The notes beneath the pieces are model-generated. The model did no database searches, had not been told where the DNA came from, and saw only the letters and a list, made by a program, of their open reading frames with translations. From Ureaplasma parvum serovar 3 str. ATCC 27815 (GTDB lineage Bacteria; Bacillota_I; Bacilli_A; Mycoplasmatales; Mycoplasmoidaceae), in NCBI RefSeq assembly GCF_000019345.1, contig NC_010503.1:240001-272000 (forward strand): a stretch of DNA of 32,000 bases. Direction: 5' to 3'. The position numbers and the translations under genes are program-made. Of this stretch, positions 20,694 to 31,747 are shown piece by piece. Each line of letters begins with the position of its first letter. Position 1 is the first letter of the stretch.

Positions 20694-22217
20694 GTGTCAA
20701 CAATTATAACTACATCTTGAGGAGTAGATCCAAATATTTACTTTTCAAAGCATGAGTTAACATGAGTGCCAGCAACAGCTGATGCTAATACATTAGCATT
20801 AACTAATTTTAATCCGACTAGCACTTTATTAGTTGCATTAGCAATTGCCTTTGTCTTATTGATGACTCCAGGTTTAGCATTATTTTATGGTGGGCTAACA
20901 CGTCGAAAATCTACATTAACGATTATTAATCAATGTGTAGCTTCACTTGGAATCACAACACTGATTTGAATTTTTGGAGGGTTCTCACTTGCTTTTGGAC
21001 CTTCTGTTGGTAAAGGAATAATTGGTGATATTTCAACTTATTTTGCATTTAGAAATCTATTATTTGCTGATGGTTGAAGTGGAGATGTAGGAATTGTTTT
21101 TGCAAACTTTACTAATGGTGTACCATTAATTTTATTCTTTGCTTATCAATTAGCTTTTGCAATTATTACACCACCATTAATGGTTGGTGCATTTGCAGAT
21201 CGAATGAAATTTAAAAATTATCTAGTATTCTTAGTACTATGACAATATTTAATTTACATTCCTTTTGCACATTGAATTTGAGGTCAAGGATTCTTAGCTG
21301 CTGCTGGAGTAATTGACTTTGCTGGTGGTATTGTAATTCATACAACTGCTGGTTTTGGAGCATTAGCTGCTTCATTAGTATTAGGTAAACGTGTTTTACT
21401 TAAGAATGATAAAAGTCGTCCACACAATATTCCAATGACTATTATTGGAGCAACATTGTTATTCTTTGGTTGATTTGGATTTAATGTTGGTGGATCAGGA
21501 TTTGTAGCTGGTGGGAATGCTGCTACTTGATCAGCTGCTACAAGTGCTTGGATTAATACAATTATTGCTTTAGCTATTGGAATGGTTGGTTGAGCAGTTC
21601 TTGAAACAATCTTTAATAAAAATCATAAAGCCACAGGTGTTGGTTTAGTAACAGGTGCAATTGCTGGATTAGCAACAATTACTCCTGCAGCAGGTTATGT
21701 TCCAATTTGAGCATCTGTTCCTATTGGTGTAGCTGCTGTGCTAGTTTGTTATACTAGTGCTAAAACTTTACATCATTTCCACAAAATTGATGATACTCTA
21801 GAAGTATGAGGCGTACATGGAATGGGTGGTGTTACTGGTTCATTATTAATTGGTGCGTTTGCATCTAAATCTGTAAACCCATCAATTATGTATGAAGCAA
21901 TTGGTCCAACAACAACTGGTGTTTTATTTGGTGTCCAATTAGGAGCGGTTTTATTAGCTGCGGTTTATGGATTTGTATTTACTATTTTATTAGTATATAT
22001 TACTCGTCCAAGATTATCAGCACGCCAACAATTAGGTCATATAGACTATATTAATCATGGCGAAGATGCATATTCATTCGATATTGAAATTCCATCTGAA
22101 AAAGAAATGGAGCAATATGAATTAGCAGATAGTACATGACACTCAAGCACAGGTGTTAAGTATTCATTGCTTAATAATAAAAACCAGCAAAATCATAAAG
22201 TAGCAAACGACCATTAA
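20694..22217 (+). CDS. amt: Amt-family ammonium transporter 1, 507 aa (GTG start after agaggtga)
   Basis: TPGLALFYGGLTRRKS, GGIVIHTTAGFGALA, MGGVTGSLLIGAF. Track shows only end fragments because of many TGA=Trp. Confidence 0.95.
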
Positions 22218-22230
22218 TTTTTAAAAAAAG

Positions 22231-22257
22231 ACTAAAGCAAAATACTTTAGTTTTTTT
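22231..22257 (+). terminator. terminator between the amt genes
   Basis: actaaag / ctttagt stem followed by a T run. Confidence 0.55.
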
Positions 22258-22302
22258 AATTAATAAATAATAAAAAAATAAAGAATTTATTAATTAACGT
22301 AA

Positions 22303-22308
22303 TATAAT
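22303..22308 (+). promoter_or_regulatory. putative -10 box for amt-2
   Basis: tataat in the inter-amt region, after a terminator-like hairpin. Confidence 0.4.
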
Positions 22309-22390
22309 ACTATAGATATATTTTGTATTTATAAATTTATGTACAAAATTTATTTATCGAAAACGAAAAAGAAAACACGAGGTGAAAATT

Positions 22391-23947
22391 GTGTCAACTT
22401 GAGGCCTAAATAAAGATATTTATTTCTCAACTCATGAATTAACATGAGTGCCCGCAGATGCAAGTCAATCAACACTTAATGCAATAGGTTTTAATCCTAC
22501 TAATACACTACTAGTAGCTTTAGCAATTGCTTTTGTTTTACTAATGACACCAGGGTTAGCATTATTTTATGGTGGTTTAGTAAGACGTAAATCAGCTTTA
22601 ACAATTATTAATCAATGTGTAGCTTCACTTGGAATTACAACATTGATTTGAATTTTTGGAGGTTTCTCACTTGCTTTTGGACCTTCTGTTGGTAAAGGAA
22701 TAATTGGTGATATTTCAACTTATTTTGCATTTAGAAATCTACTATTTGCTGATGGTTGAAGTGGAGGAGCAGTTTTAGTTTTTGCTAATTTTACTAACGG
22801 CGTACCATTAATTTTATTCTTTGCTTATCAATTAGCTTTTGCAATTATTACACCACCATTAATGGTTGGTGCATTTGCAGACCGAATGAAATTTAAAAAT
22901 TATCTAGTATTCTTAGTACTATGACAATATTTAATTTATATTCCTTTTGCACATTGAATTTGAGGTCAAGGATTCTTAGCTGCTGCTGGAGTAATTGACT
23001 TTGCTGGTGGTATTGTAATTCATACAACTGCTGGTTTTGGAGCTTTGGCTGCTTCATTTATGTTAGGAAAACGTACAACATTAATTACAGATAAAAAGCG
23101 AGCTAATAATTTACCAATGGTTGTATTAGGTGCAGCATTACTATTTTTTGGTTGATTTGGATTTAATGTTGGTGGTGCAGGTTTTGTTAAAGAAAATACA
23201 AATCACATTTCACAAGCTATATCATCATGATTAAATACAATTATTGCCTTAGCAATAGGTATGATAGGTTGAGTTACACTTGAAACTATTGTTAACAAAA
23301 ACCACAAACCAACAACAGTAGGTTTAGTGACTGGTGCAGTCGCTGGATTAGCAACAATTACTCCCGCAGCAGGTTTTGTTCCAGTTTGAGCCTCTGTTCC
23401 TATTGCCATTATGGGTGTTTTAGTATGTTATTCAGTTTCTAGATTATTAGATTACTTCCGTTTTGATGATTCTTTAGAAGTTCTACCAGTTCATGGAATG
23501 GGTGGTGTTATAGGTTCTTTATTAATTGGAGCATTTGCTACTAACACGGTTGCACATGGAATTAAATATGACGCCGTCGGATTAGATAATAATGGAAATC
23601 CAATTTATGGTATTTTATTTGGACTACAATTAGGTGCTGTATTATTAGCAGCAACATGGGCATTTGCCTTTACATGTTTAATAGTTTATATTACTAAACC
23701 TCGTTTATCAGTGCGTCAACAATTAGGCCATATAGACTACATCAATCATGGTGAAGATGCATACAAGTTTGATTTTATTATTCCTTCAGAAAGTGAAATG
23801 TTTGAATATGAAAGTTTTGATCAAACTTGAGAATGTAAAGCTAGTGGTTGTAAAAAAAGCAACTTAGCTGCCAAGAAAAACCCTGTTTTTATAGAGAATG
23901 AGAATGATTGTACATGACAATCTAAATCTCGTGAGTGTACAAAATAG
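22391..23947 (+). CDS. amt: Amt-family ammonium transporter 2, 518 aa (GTG start after acgaggtga)
   Basis: Paralogue of amt-1 with the same motifs (TPGLALFYGGLVRRKS, GGIVIHTTAGFGALA, MGGVIGSLLIGAFAT). Confidence 0.95.
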
Positions 23948-23969
23948 AAAATATCAGTATTTCATAATT

Positions 23970-23999
23970 AAGAAGTTAATTAAAACTAACTTCTTTTTT
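23970..23999 (+). terminator. terminator after amt-2
   Basis: aagaagtta / taacttctt hairpin followed by T run. Confidence 0.7.
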
Positions 24000-24056
24000 A
24001 TTTATAATTTATAATTGATGAAATAGTAATATTTATCTTAAATGGGGGATCAATGA

Positions 24057-25343
24057 ATGCCACGAATAAATACGCAAGTTTTTAATGAAAATAATGATAA
24101 AAATAGAATTAAAAGTAATAACAATAAAATTTGTGATGATATTGAATACACTCGCTTATTAGAAACGAAAGAATATAATGCTGGTTTTTCTCCTAATAAT
24201 GATTCACAAGATATCTTAATTAAAAAACAAGACAATATTTTAAAGTTAAAACCAACTCTAAATTTTGATGATAGTGATCAATTAATTTCAATTGTTCCTA
24301 CTAAAAATTATGAAAATTTAAGATTAAAAGAAATTGAAATCGATAAAAAAAACACTGTTGATTATCAATTAAAAAAAGAAATAATAGATCAGGACTTAAC
24401 AGATGATAATCATTTATCTATAAGTCAAAAATCCAATGGTTTTGCTTTAAAAACTAAACAATTTATTCCTCAAAATATTTCAGAATTTATTTATCATAAT
24501 GAAGACGATCCAAAAACATACGGAAGTGAAAATAATTTAACTTTTAGTCAACTAGAAGAAAAAGTTAATCAAAAAAATACACCTGATTTTTATTTAAAAG
24601 AAATTCATGCAGTTCGTAACAAAATTATCATTTGAACTATTTTATTAGCAATTGGCGTAGGATTAATATTTTATTTGATTTATGAAGTTATTATTAATCA
24701 TTTTAATCCATGGATTTTTTTACCAATTAGTATTTATTGTGTCTTGATGATTTTCTTTTTAGCTTTATCATGTAGTAATTTTATAAATTTTAAAAAAGAA
24801 ATGGATTATCAAAAAAACCATTTTGATTGTACAAAAGCAACAAATTTTATTGTAGGTATATATCGTAAATTAATAGTAGTACATATTAATGTAAACTGAA
24901 TCACAGCTTATATTTATCTTACTAGTCTTTTTATGATATTTGGTGTTTTTGTTGTCAGTTATTTTATGAATTTATATTATAATGCAGCTATAGGAAGTCG
25001 TTTTGGTGATTTGATTATAAAAATTCCTGTTGTTATTAATAATCATCTTTCACAAAAAATTAGTTTTAACAAAAATCCATTATGGGCAATGATTGGATTA
25101 GGTGCTATTTTAGGATTAACATTTATTATTCATTTATGGTTGGTTTTTAATGCTCATCATCGTATTAATCGTATTCATAGTTATTATGTTAATGAAATCA
25201 TTACTAGTGAAGAAATAATTTCATTAAAAAAACAAGCAAATCGTCGTGGTCTAGTCATATTTTTAGTGTTAACTGTTATTTTAGGTTTAATTTTTTATTT
25301 GATGTATACTATTTTAAAAAGAAAATACACTATCAAAAAATAA
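24057..25343 (+). CDS. hypothetical membrane protein, 428 aa (about 190-aa soluble N-terminus plus TM segments)
   Basis: Track ORFs 24057-24635, 24675-24899 and 24933-25343 are one frame in code 4. Hydrophobic segments such as IIIWTILLAIGVGLIFYLIYEVI and LWAMIGLGAILGLTFIIHLWLVF. Confidence 0.85.
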
Positions 25344-25357
25344 AAGAAGGTTTATAT

Positions 25358-26923
25358 ATGGCAAAAATTATTGAAGAAATGATTAATAAAAAAGGGTTGT
25401 TAATTGATGATTATGAACTTTATGGCAATGAGATTGCTAAAATTAAATCAATTAAAAAACTAAATAAAAAGGATTCAAAATTAATTGTTATTACCTCAAT
25501 GAATCCTAATCCAGCTGGTGAAGGTAAAACAACAACTGCTATTGGTTTAGTTGATGCTTTAAATAAACATGGATACAAAGCAATTGGAGCCTTACGAGAG
25601 CCATCAATGGGACCAGTTTTTGGTATGAAAGGTACGGGTTCTGGAGGAGGATTATCTTTTTTAAAACCCTTTGATAAAATTAATTTACATTTTAGTGGTG
25701 ATTTCCATGCGATTACTGCAGCTAATAATTTAATCGTTGCAGTAATAGAAAATGAAATACATAATAGGTCTTCAATGCAAATCGATTCTCAAAAAATTTT
25801 AATTAAAAGATGTCTAGATGTTAATGATCGTTCTTTACGTAATATTGAATATGATATTAACCATCAACAAACAAAAAGTGGTTTCAACATTACAGCAGCG
25901 AGTGATTTAATGGCATTATTTTGTTTAGCACATGATCATAAAGATTTTGAAGATAAACTTGCGCAAACAATTGTTGCATATAATATAGTAAACCAACCTA
26001 TAAGAATTTGTGATTTAGAATTAACAAAAGCTATTATGGCAATTTTAGAAGATGCTTTATATGCTAATTTAGTACGAACTAATGAGGATAACCCTGTTTT
26101 TGTTCATGGTGGCCCATTTGCTAATATTGCTCATGGTTGTAATAGTATTATTGCAACCAAAAATGCTTTAGCTTTAGGTGATTATGTTGTTACTGAATGT
26201 GGTTTTGGTAGCGATTTAGGACTTGAAAAATTTATGAATATCAAGATGGCTAGTTTGAATTTAAAACCAGATTTAATTGGTTTAGTTATTAGTCTAAAAT
26301 CAATCGCATATCATGCTCAAACAAACGAAAAAGACTACGTTAAACAAGGCTTTGCTAATGTTTTATGTCATATTAATCACATTAAAAAATATAATGTTTC
26401 TTTTATTGTTTATATTAATGTCAATACTAATACTGATAGCGAAGAAGACTTATTAACTTTAGAAAAACTATTAGATGAACATCAAATTGAACATGCACGT
26501 TCTTATGCTTATAGCTATGGTTCTAAAAAAAGTGAAGAAATAACTAAAAAAACAATTACTTTAACTAATCAAATTAATGATCATGAATTAAAATTAATTT
26601 ATGATATTAAAGATCATTTATCATATAAATTAAAAAAAATATGTGAAAATGTTTATGGTGCTGATGGATATGAATTAAGCTATGAAGCTAAAGAACAATT
26701 GAATCGTTATGAACATTTAGATTTTTATTTATGCATTGCTAAAACACCATATTCAATTTCTGATGATGCAAAATTATTAAATAATCCTAAGAACTTTAAA
26801 ATTCATATTGAACGCTTTGAAATTAATTATGCTGCAAAATTAATCATTGCTATTACAACAACTATTTATCGTATGCCTGGCTTAAATAAAGAACCAGCGG
26901 CCAAAAATTTCGTTATGAAATAA
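25358..26923 (+). CDS. fhs: formate--tetrahydrofolate ligase, 521 aa
   Basis: ITSMNPNPAGEGKTTTAIGLVDAL, GALREPSMGPVFGMKGTGSGGG, NLHFSGDFHAITAANNL, VHGGPFANIAHGCNSI. Confidence 0.97.
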   Translation: MAKIIEEMINKKGLLIDDYELYGNEIAKIKSIKKLNKKDSKLIVITSMNPNPAGEGKTTTAIGLVDALNKHGYKAIGALREPSMGPVFGMKGTGSGGGLSFLKPFDKINLHFSGDFHAITAANNLIVAVIENEIHNRSSMQIDSQKILIKRCLDVNDRSLRNIEYDINHQQTKSGFNITAASDLMALFCLAHDHKDFEDKLAQTIVAYNIVNQPIRICDLELTKAIMAILEDALYANLVRTNEDNPVFVHGGPFANIAHGCNSIIATKNALALGDYVVTECGFGSDLGLEKFMNIKMASLNLKPDLIGLVISLKSIAYHAQTNEKDYVKQGFANVLCHINHIKKYNVSFIVYINVNTNTDSEEDLLTLEKLLDEHQIEHARSYAYSYGSKKSEEITKKTITLTNQINDHELKLIYDIKDHLSYKLKKICENVYGADGYELSYEAKEQLNRYEHLDFYLCIAKTPYSISDDAKLLNNPKNFKIHIERFEINYAAKLIIAITTTIYRMPGLNKEPAAKNFVMK

Positions 26924-26952
26924 CTATTAAAAATCTTTATTATTAAAAAAAT

Positions 26953-26999
26953 AAAAAATAAACAAGTTGATCGCTTCAAAGATGCTTGTTTATTTTTTT
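26953..26999 (+). terminator. rho-independent terminator after fhs
   Basis: aaaaaataaacaag / cttgtttatttttt stem with T tract. Confidence 0.7.
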
Positions 27000-27052
27000 C
27001 ATACTTTAGAAGATAAAAAAATAAGAAATCATAAAAAGGAAAAGTAGATAAT

Positions 27053-27805
27053 ATGAAAGATTTTATTAGATATACTAAAAAAAGAAATTTAAGTCTTAAC
27101 ACAATTCGTACTTATGAATCAGTATTAAAACATTATGAACCTGTTTTAGATTCGTGAATTAAAATACGAAATAAAATTATTAATAGTAACTTTAAACCAC
27201 GAACAATTCATTTACACAAAAACGTTTTATTAAGTTTTTTTGAATTTAAAAAACTAAAAAGATATTTACAAAATTTAAAATTATTAAAATTACCACAAAT
27301 TGAAATGAAATATTTTGATGTAATTAGTAAAAATAATTTATATAAAAAAACTGATATCTTAGATGATGATTCATTAGAAATTAAAAAATATAAAACCATT
27401 ATTAGATTCTTGTTTGAAACAGGAATTAGAGCTCATGAATTATTTTTTCTAGAATCTATTAATAATCGTTTGTATGTGTTAGGTAAAGGAAATAAAAAAC
27501 GACAAATTTTCTTTGTAAAACAAACTTTTGAACAATTACAAAAGTTTTATGAGAATCTAAAAGGATTTGAAACAACTAAAACATTACGTTTATATATTAA
27601 AAAAATTATTGGCAAGAATTTTACTCCCCATTCATTACGTCGTAGCTTTGCTACTTTTATGTTAATTAAAGGGGCAAATCCCAAAACTGTAATGTTACAA
27701 ATGGGACATGCAAACATTCAAACAACGTTTAGTTATTTAAATTTAAATGAACAAACAAATCGTCGAATTTATAACAAAATTATGTACCAAAATGATGCAG
27801 AATAA
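27053..27805 (+). CDS. xerC: tyrosine site-specific recombinase (XerC-like), 250 aa
   Basis: [30 protein letters not shown]..; catalytic residues in TGIRAHELF (R), GKGNKKR (K), HSLRRSFAT (HxxR), [14 protein letters not shown] (H, Y). Joined through a TGA=Trp. Confidence 0.9.
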
Positions 27806-27826
27806 ATTTTTGTAAAAATAAAAAAT

Positions 27827-27852
27827 AAAAATGTTAAAAATCGACATTTTTA
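27827..27852 (+). terminator. possible terminator after xerC
   Basis: aaaaatgt / acattttt short hairpin ending in T run. Confidence 0.4.
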
Positions 27853-28016
27853 TGCTAAAAAGCATAGGAAATACTAGCATTTATTATATAATCTAAATTA
27901 GAAATTAGGTTTTATATATAGTAATGAATTTATGAGCAAATTTTTGATTGGTCGTAAGCGATTTATCAAAAATAAAATTAGTTTCAAATATTTTTAGAAT
28001 AAGAGGTGATAAAAAA

Positions 28017-30365
28017 TTGATAAATAATAAAATAAAAGAAGCAAAAATCAAAAAGAAACTAGAAAAAAACAAAAAAGTTTCTTTAATGGGTTTTGTTTTA
28101 CTAACAGCTTCAGCAATTATTGCTTTTTATACATTCCCATCACTTTCAACAGCTGGTTGAATTGCAATTATCTTTGCTTTTATTACAGCTATGTGTTGAT
28201 TCATTCCAATTGGGATTGCAGCCGCTGAAATGGCAACAATTAAAGGTTGGGCCGAGGGGGGAATATTTACCTGGGTACGAAATTTATTAGGTCCACGAAA
28301 TGGGTTTATTGTAACCTGATTACAATTCCAAGTCACATTTGGATTTGTGGCTATGATCTTATTCGTCCTTTCATCCTTTTCATTTGCTTTCGCAGGTGCT
28401 GATGGATATAATTATTTTAATACACTTAAGTTGGGAACAACTTTAAATCAAGCTACATCAGTCAACTTTTCAAAAAACTTTAGCAATGGGGCATTATATG
28501 GAATTGGTATTGTTGTTGTCGCAGGTCTAATCTTTATGAGTTTATTAGGCCAAAAACGAACTCACCAATTTGGCCAAGTTGCTTTAATCATTGGTATTTT
28601 ACTACCATTCTTTATTATTTTAGGATTCCAAATTTATACAGTGGCAACAATGCCAGATCCATTATACTTTATTGGAAAACACTTCCAAAAAGAACCACAT
28701 TTAGACCCAAGTGTAACTGGTACTTCTTATGAATTAAATAAAACTTTCATGTCATCAGTTGTTATGGCATCTTTCATGGCATTTAGTTTTAGCTTACATG
28801 GTGTAGAAGTTTCAGCTATTGCTGCTAATCGAATGGATAATCCTTCTAAGAAATATCCACAAGCCATGATGATTGTTGTAATTTCTGCTTTAGTTTGCAT
28901 TATTATTGGATCAATTATGATTTCAATGACTGTACCAACTTCAACATTATCATTCAATGGTGGATTAGTACAGACAATTATGTTCAACTTATCTGTTGGT
29001 GGAATTGATGTTAAACTACCAGATGGCACAGTTGCTCATTATAAAACACTAGCACATGCATACTCAGTAATTGAAACTCAATATGGCACAGCTGCCGCTA
29101 ACCAAGTTATGTATCAATTTGTGTATGGTCATCCAATTAATACAGGTAGTGACTTAGCACGTTCTGATTTATTAACACTAACATCAGAAGTTAACGATCC
29201 TTTAAAAAACCCATCTTTATTTATTTCTGTTATGAATATAGAAACAAATAAAATGGCTATGCAAGGATTACAAGCTATTACTTTCTTCATTGGAATAGGT
29301 GTATTTGTTGAAGTTTCTGTTTGAATGTCAAACCTTTCAACTGGATTAAATTATGCAATGCGTAAAGCCCACTTCCCAGCATGGGTTACATATCGTTTAA
29401 AGAATGGGTCAGCGTTAACAGTAGCAATTTTATGAATTGTATTACTAATGTGCATTTTTGCAATTTACATGTTTGGTTATAATTCATTAATGCAATACAA
29501 AGGTCAAACAATTAGTGATATTTTAGCTAATGAAATTCGTATTAACCAAGATCAAAAAGAACCAATGGCTTTATTGTCTAATCAAAATTTAGATGAAATT
29601 AAACTAATGGCTCGTTCAATTTACGAACATAGTCATGCTCCTGGAGCACAAGCTAATGTTTTACATTTTGATTTTAATAAACATGCTAACAGTGAAGTAA
29701 AAGCAATTTATGATAAAATCAAAGATTATATTGGCATTAATGCCGTAGCATCGGGAACACCAGCATCAATTACTAATATTTCATTCATTTCAAACGTTGT
29801 TTCACAAATCTCAATGTATTATATTGGATATAACATTTTCTTAATTGGATATCTAAGATATGTCTTTAAAGCTAATTGATTACGTCGTGAATTTAGAGTT
29901 AAATGATCATGATTACAAATTAGTTTAGCTTTATTAGCAATGGGCGTTAATACATTTGCAGTTGTTGCAACTTACTTACCAGCTGCTCCAGAACTATATC
30001 CTGGACAAGAAGCTTATTATGTATTTATTTCAATTGCATTACCAATGTTTATATGCACATTATTACTTGGATTATTTATTTATCTAATTAATTATGCTTG
30101 AAATAAAAAACGAGGTATTAATTTATCAGAACATTCAAACTTAACAAACGTTGATCAAAATGTTTTAGATGTAATTAATAATTGACATTTATACAAAGAT
30201 CAAAAAGAATTTGCTAAATTTGAACGTCATGTGCAATTATTACAACAAAAACAAGTAATTGTAAGAACAACAAAAGATAAGGCACAAAGAGAATTAGTTG
30301 CGAATGAAATGCAATATTTAGCAGCTGAAATCGCAACAAGATTTGCACCAGAAGAAGAACATTAA
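28017..30365 (+). CDS. APC-superfamily amino-acid permease, about 782 aa (TTG start preferred)
   Basis: aagaggtga SD 7-8 nt before TTG 28017. [46 protein letters not shown] is typical of amino-acid permeases. Hydrophilic C-terminal tail. Joined through TGA codons. Confidence 0.88.
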
Positions 30366-30428
30366 AAAACAAAAATGAGTCTTAATACTTTTTTAAAAAG
30401 TGTTTTGACTTATTTTTTTATTTTACAC

Positions 30429-30455
30429 TTGACATATTATATATATATATATAAT
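30429..30455 (+). promoter_or_regulatory. lipoprotein promoter with (TA)8 tract in the spacer
   Basis: ttgaca (30429-30434) and tataat (30450-30455) flank 15 bp; (TA)8 spans 30438-30453. Lipoprotein ATG at 30543. Confidence 0.55.
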
Positions 30456-30542
30456 CTAAATGTATACTCTTATATAAAATAAAGATAACAAATCAAATTA
30501 TTAAAATTCTTATTTATTAAATGTATAAAAGAAGGTTAAAAT

Positions 30543-31691
30543 ATGAAGAAGAATCATAAAAAATGATTATTAATGACAACGCCAATTTTATTAATTGGCG
30601 GATTATCAACATTGGCATTAACAAGTTGTAAAGACGGAAAAAAATCTAATCCAAAACCAGATAAACCATCAACTATAGAAGAATATAAATTAAGTTTATC
30701 AAGTGTTGAAACTGGTTTTAATGAAGCTAAATTAATTTTTGATAATAATGATAGTTTTAAAACATTAGATAATTTTAAAGTTATTTTAAAAAATACTCAA
30801 AACACTAATGAAGTTATTGAAGCAAGTAATTTATCTGCAACAATTGAAAATCAAAAATTAGTTTTAAAACTAAATAATTTACAAGACGGTCAAACATATA
30901 AAATTAACAAAATTTTATATCAAACAAATAAAGAAGTTATTTTAAGTAATAATCAAGTATTTACTACAAAAACTAAACCTAAAATTGAATATGAAGTACA
31001 AGAAAAAATTTTGAAACTTGATGATAAAACATATTATGTTGTTCTAAAAGTTAAAGACCCTCAAAATTTAAATGAACCAACAAAAGAAATTTTAAAATCT
31101 GTAACTTTTACTTCAAAAATCTCAAATGTTGCAAATCTTAAAAATGCAATATTAGAAAATCAAAGACCTTACGTTAAAGAAGATTATTCAGAAATTCAAA
31201 TTAAATTACCAAGAGTACCTGTAATTAGTGAAAAAATAGAAATCACTGCAAACAATTCCTTATTTAAATCATTCACAATTACTGTTGGTGAAAAACATAT
31301 TAAAAATGTGGAAAAAATCATCGATATCACTAAAAAAGTTTTTGGTAATCAAGAATTAAAATCTATTAGTATTACAAAACAAAATAGTAGCAGTGCCAAT
31401 ATAACATTAAGTTTAAAATTAAATGGTAATTCAATTATTGTTGGTGCTAACAAATTAATTAATAAAAAAGACAAAGCAATAAAATTTAGCTTCTTTGTTA
31501 AAAATAAAGCAACAAATACAGTTAAAGAATTTAATTTCAATGAAAAATCAAAACCTATTGGAAGCTATCAATTCACATTAAATGGATTAGATGCTAATAG
31601 TGATTTTGTAATTGAAGATATTAGATATGATGATAAATCAATCAAAATTACAGAAGAGCTTTTAGCTAGCTTAAGTTTTTCAACAAAATAA
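30543..31691 (+). CDS. putative surface lipoprotein, 382 aa
   Basis: MKKNHKKWLLMTTPILLIGGLSTLALTSCKDGKK: signal peptide with lipobox Cys. Repeated beta-rich segments (..FKTLDNFKVILKNTQNTNEVIEASNLSATIENQKLVLKLNNLQDGQTYKI..). Confidence 0.9.
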
Positions 31692-31747
31692 ATTAAATAC
31701 ATAATTTATTGTATAAAACACAAAAAATATAGTTTAGGAAATGAAAT

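Noticed and set aside
23203-23409. 68-aa minus-strand ORF rich in Ala/Pro/Thr
   Set aside because: Antisense of the conserved Amt coding sequence.
24050-24235. 61-aa minus ORF, Leu-rich
   Set aside because: Antisense of the Asn/Lys-rich N-terminus of the 428-aa protein; an apparent TM run is an artefact.
26866-27399. Minus-strand ORFs 26866-27102 and 27208-27399
   Set aside because: Antisense of the fhs end, terminator and xerC; hydrophobicity results from complement of A-rich sequence.
28127-29029. Minus-strand ORFs 28127-28336 and 28727-29029
   Set aside because: Antisense inside the permease gene.
31349-31540. 63-aa minus-strand ORF
   Set aside because: Antisense of the lipoprotein gene, chance ORF.
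143-31691. Apparent mass of broken genes or pseudogenes in the ORF track
   Set aside because: Fragments rejoin in the same frame at TGA codons placed where Trp is expected. This is code 4, not decay.
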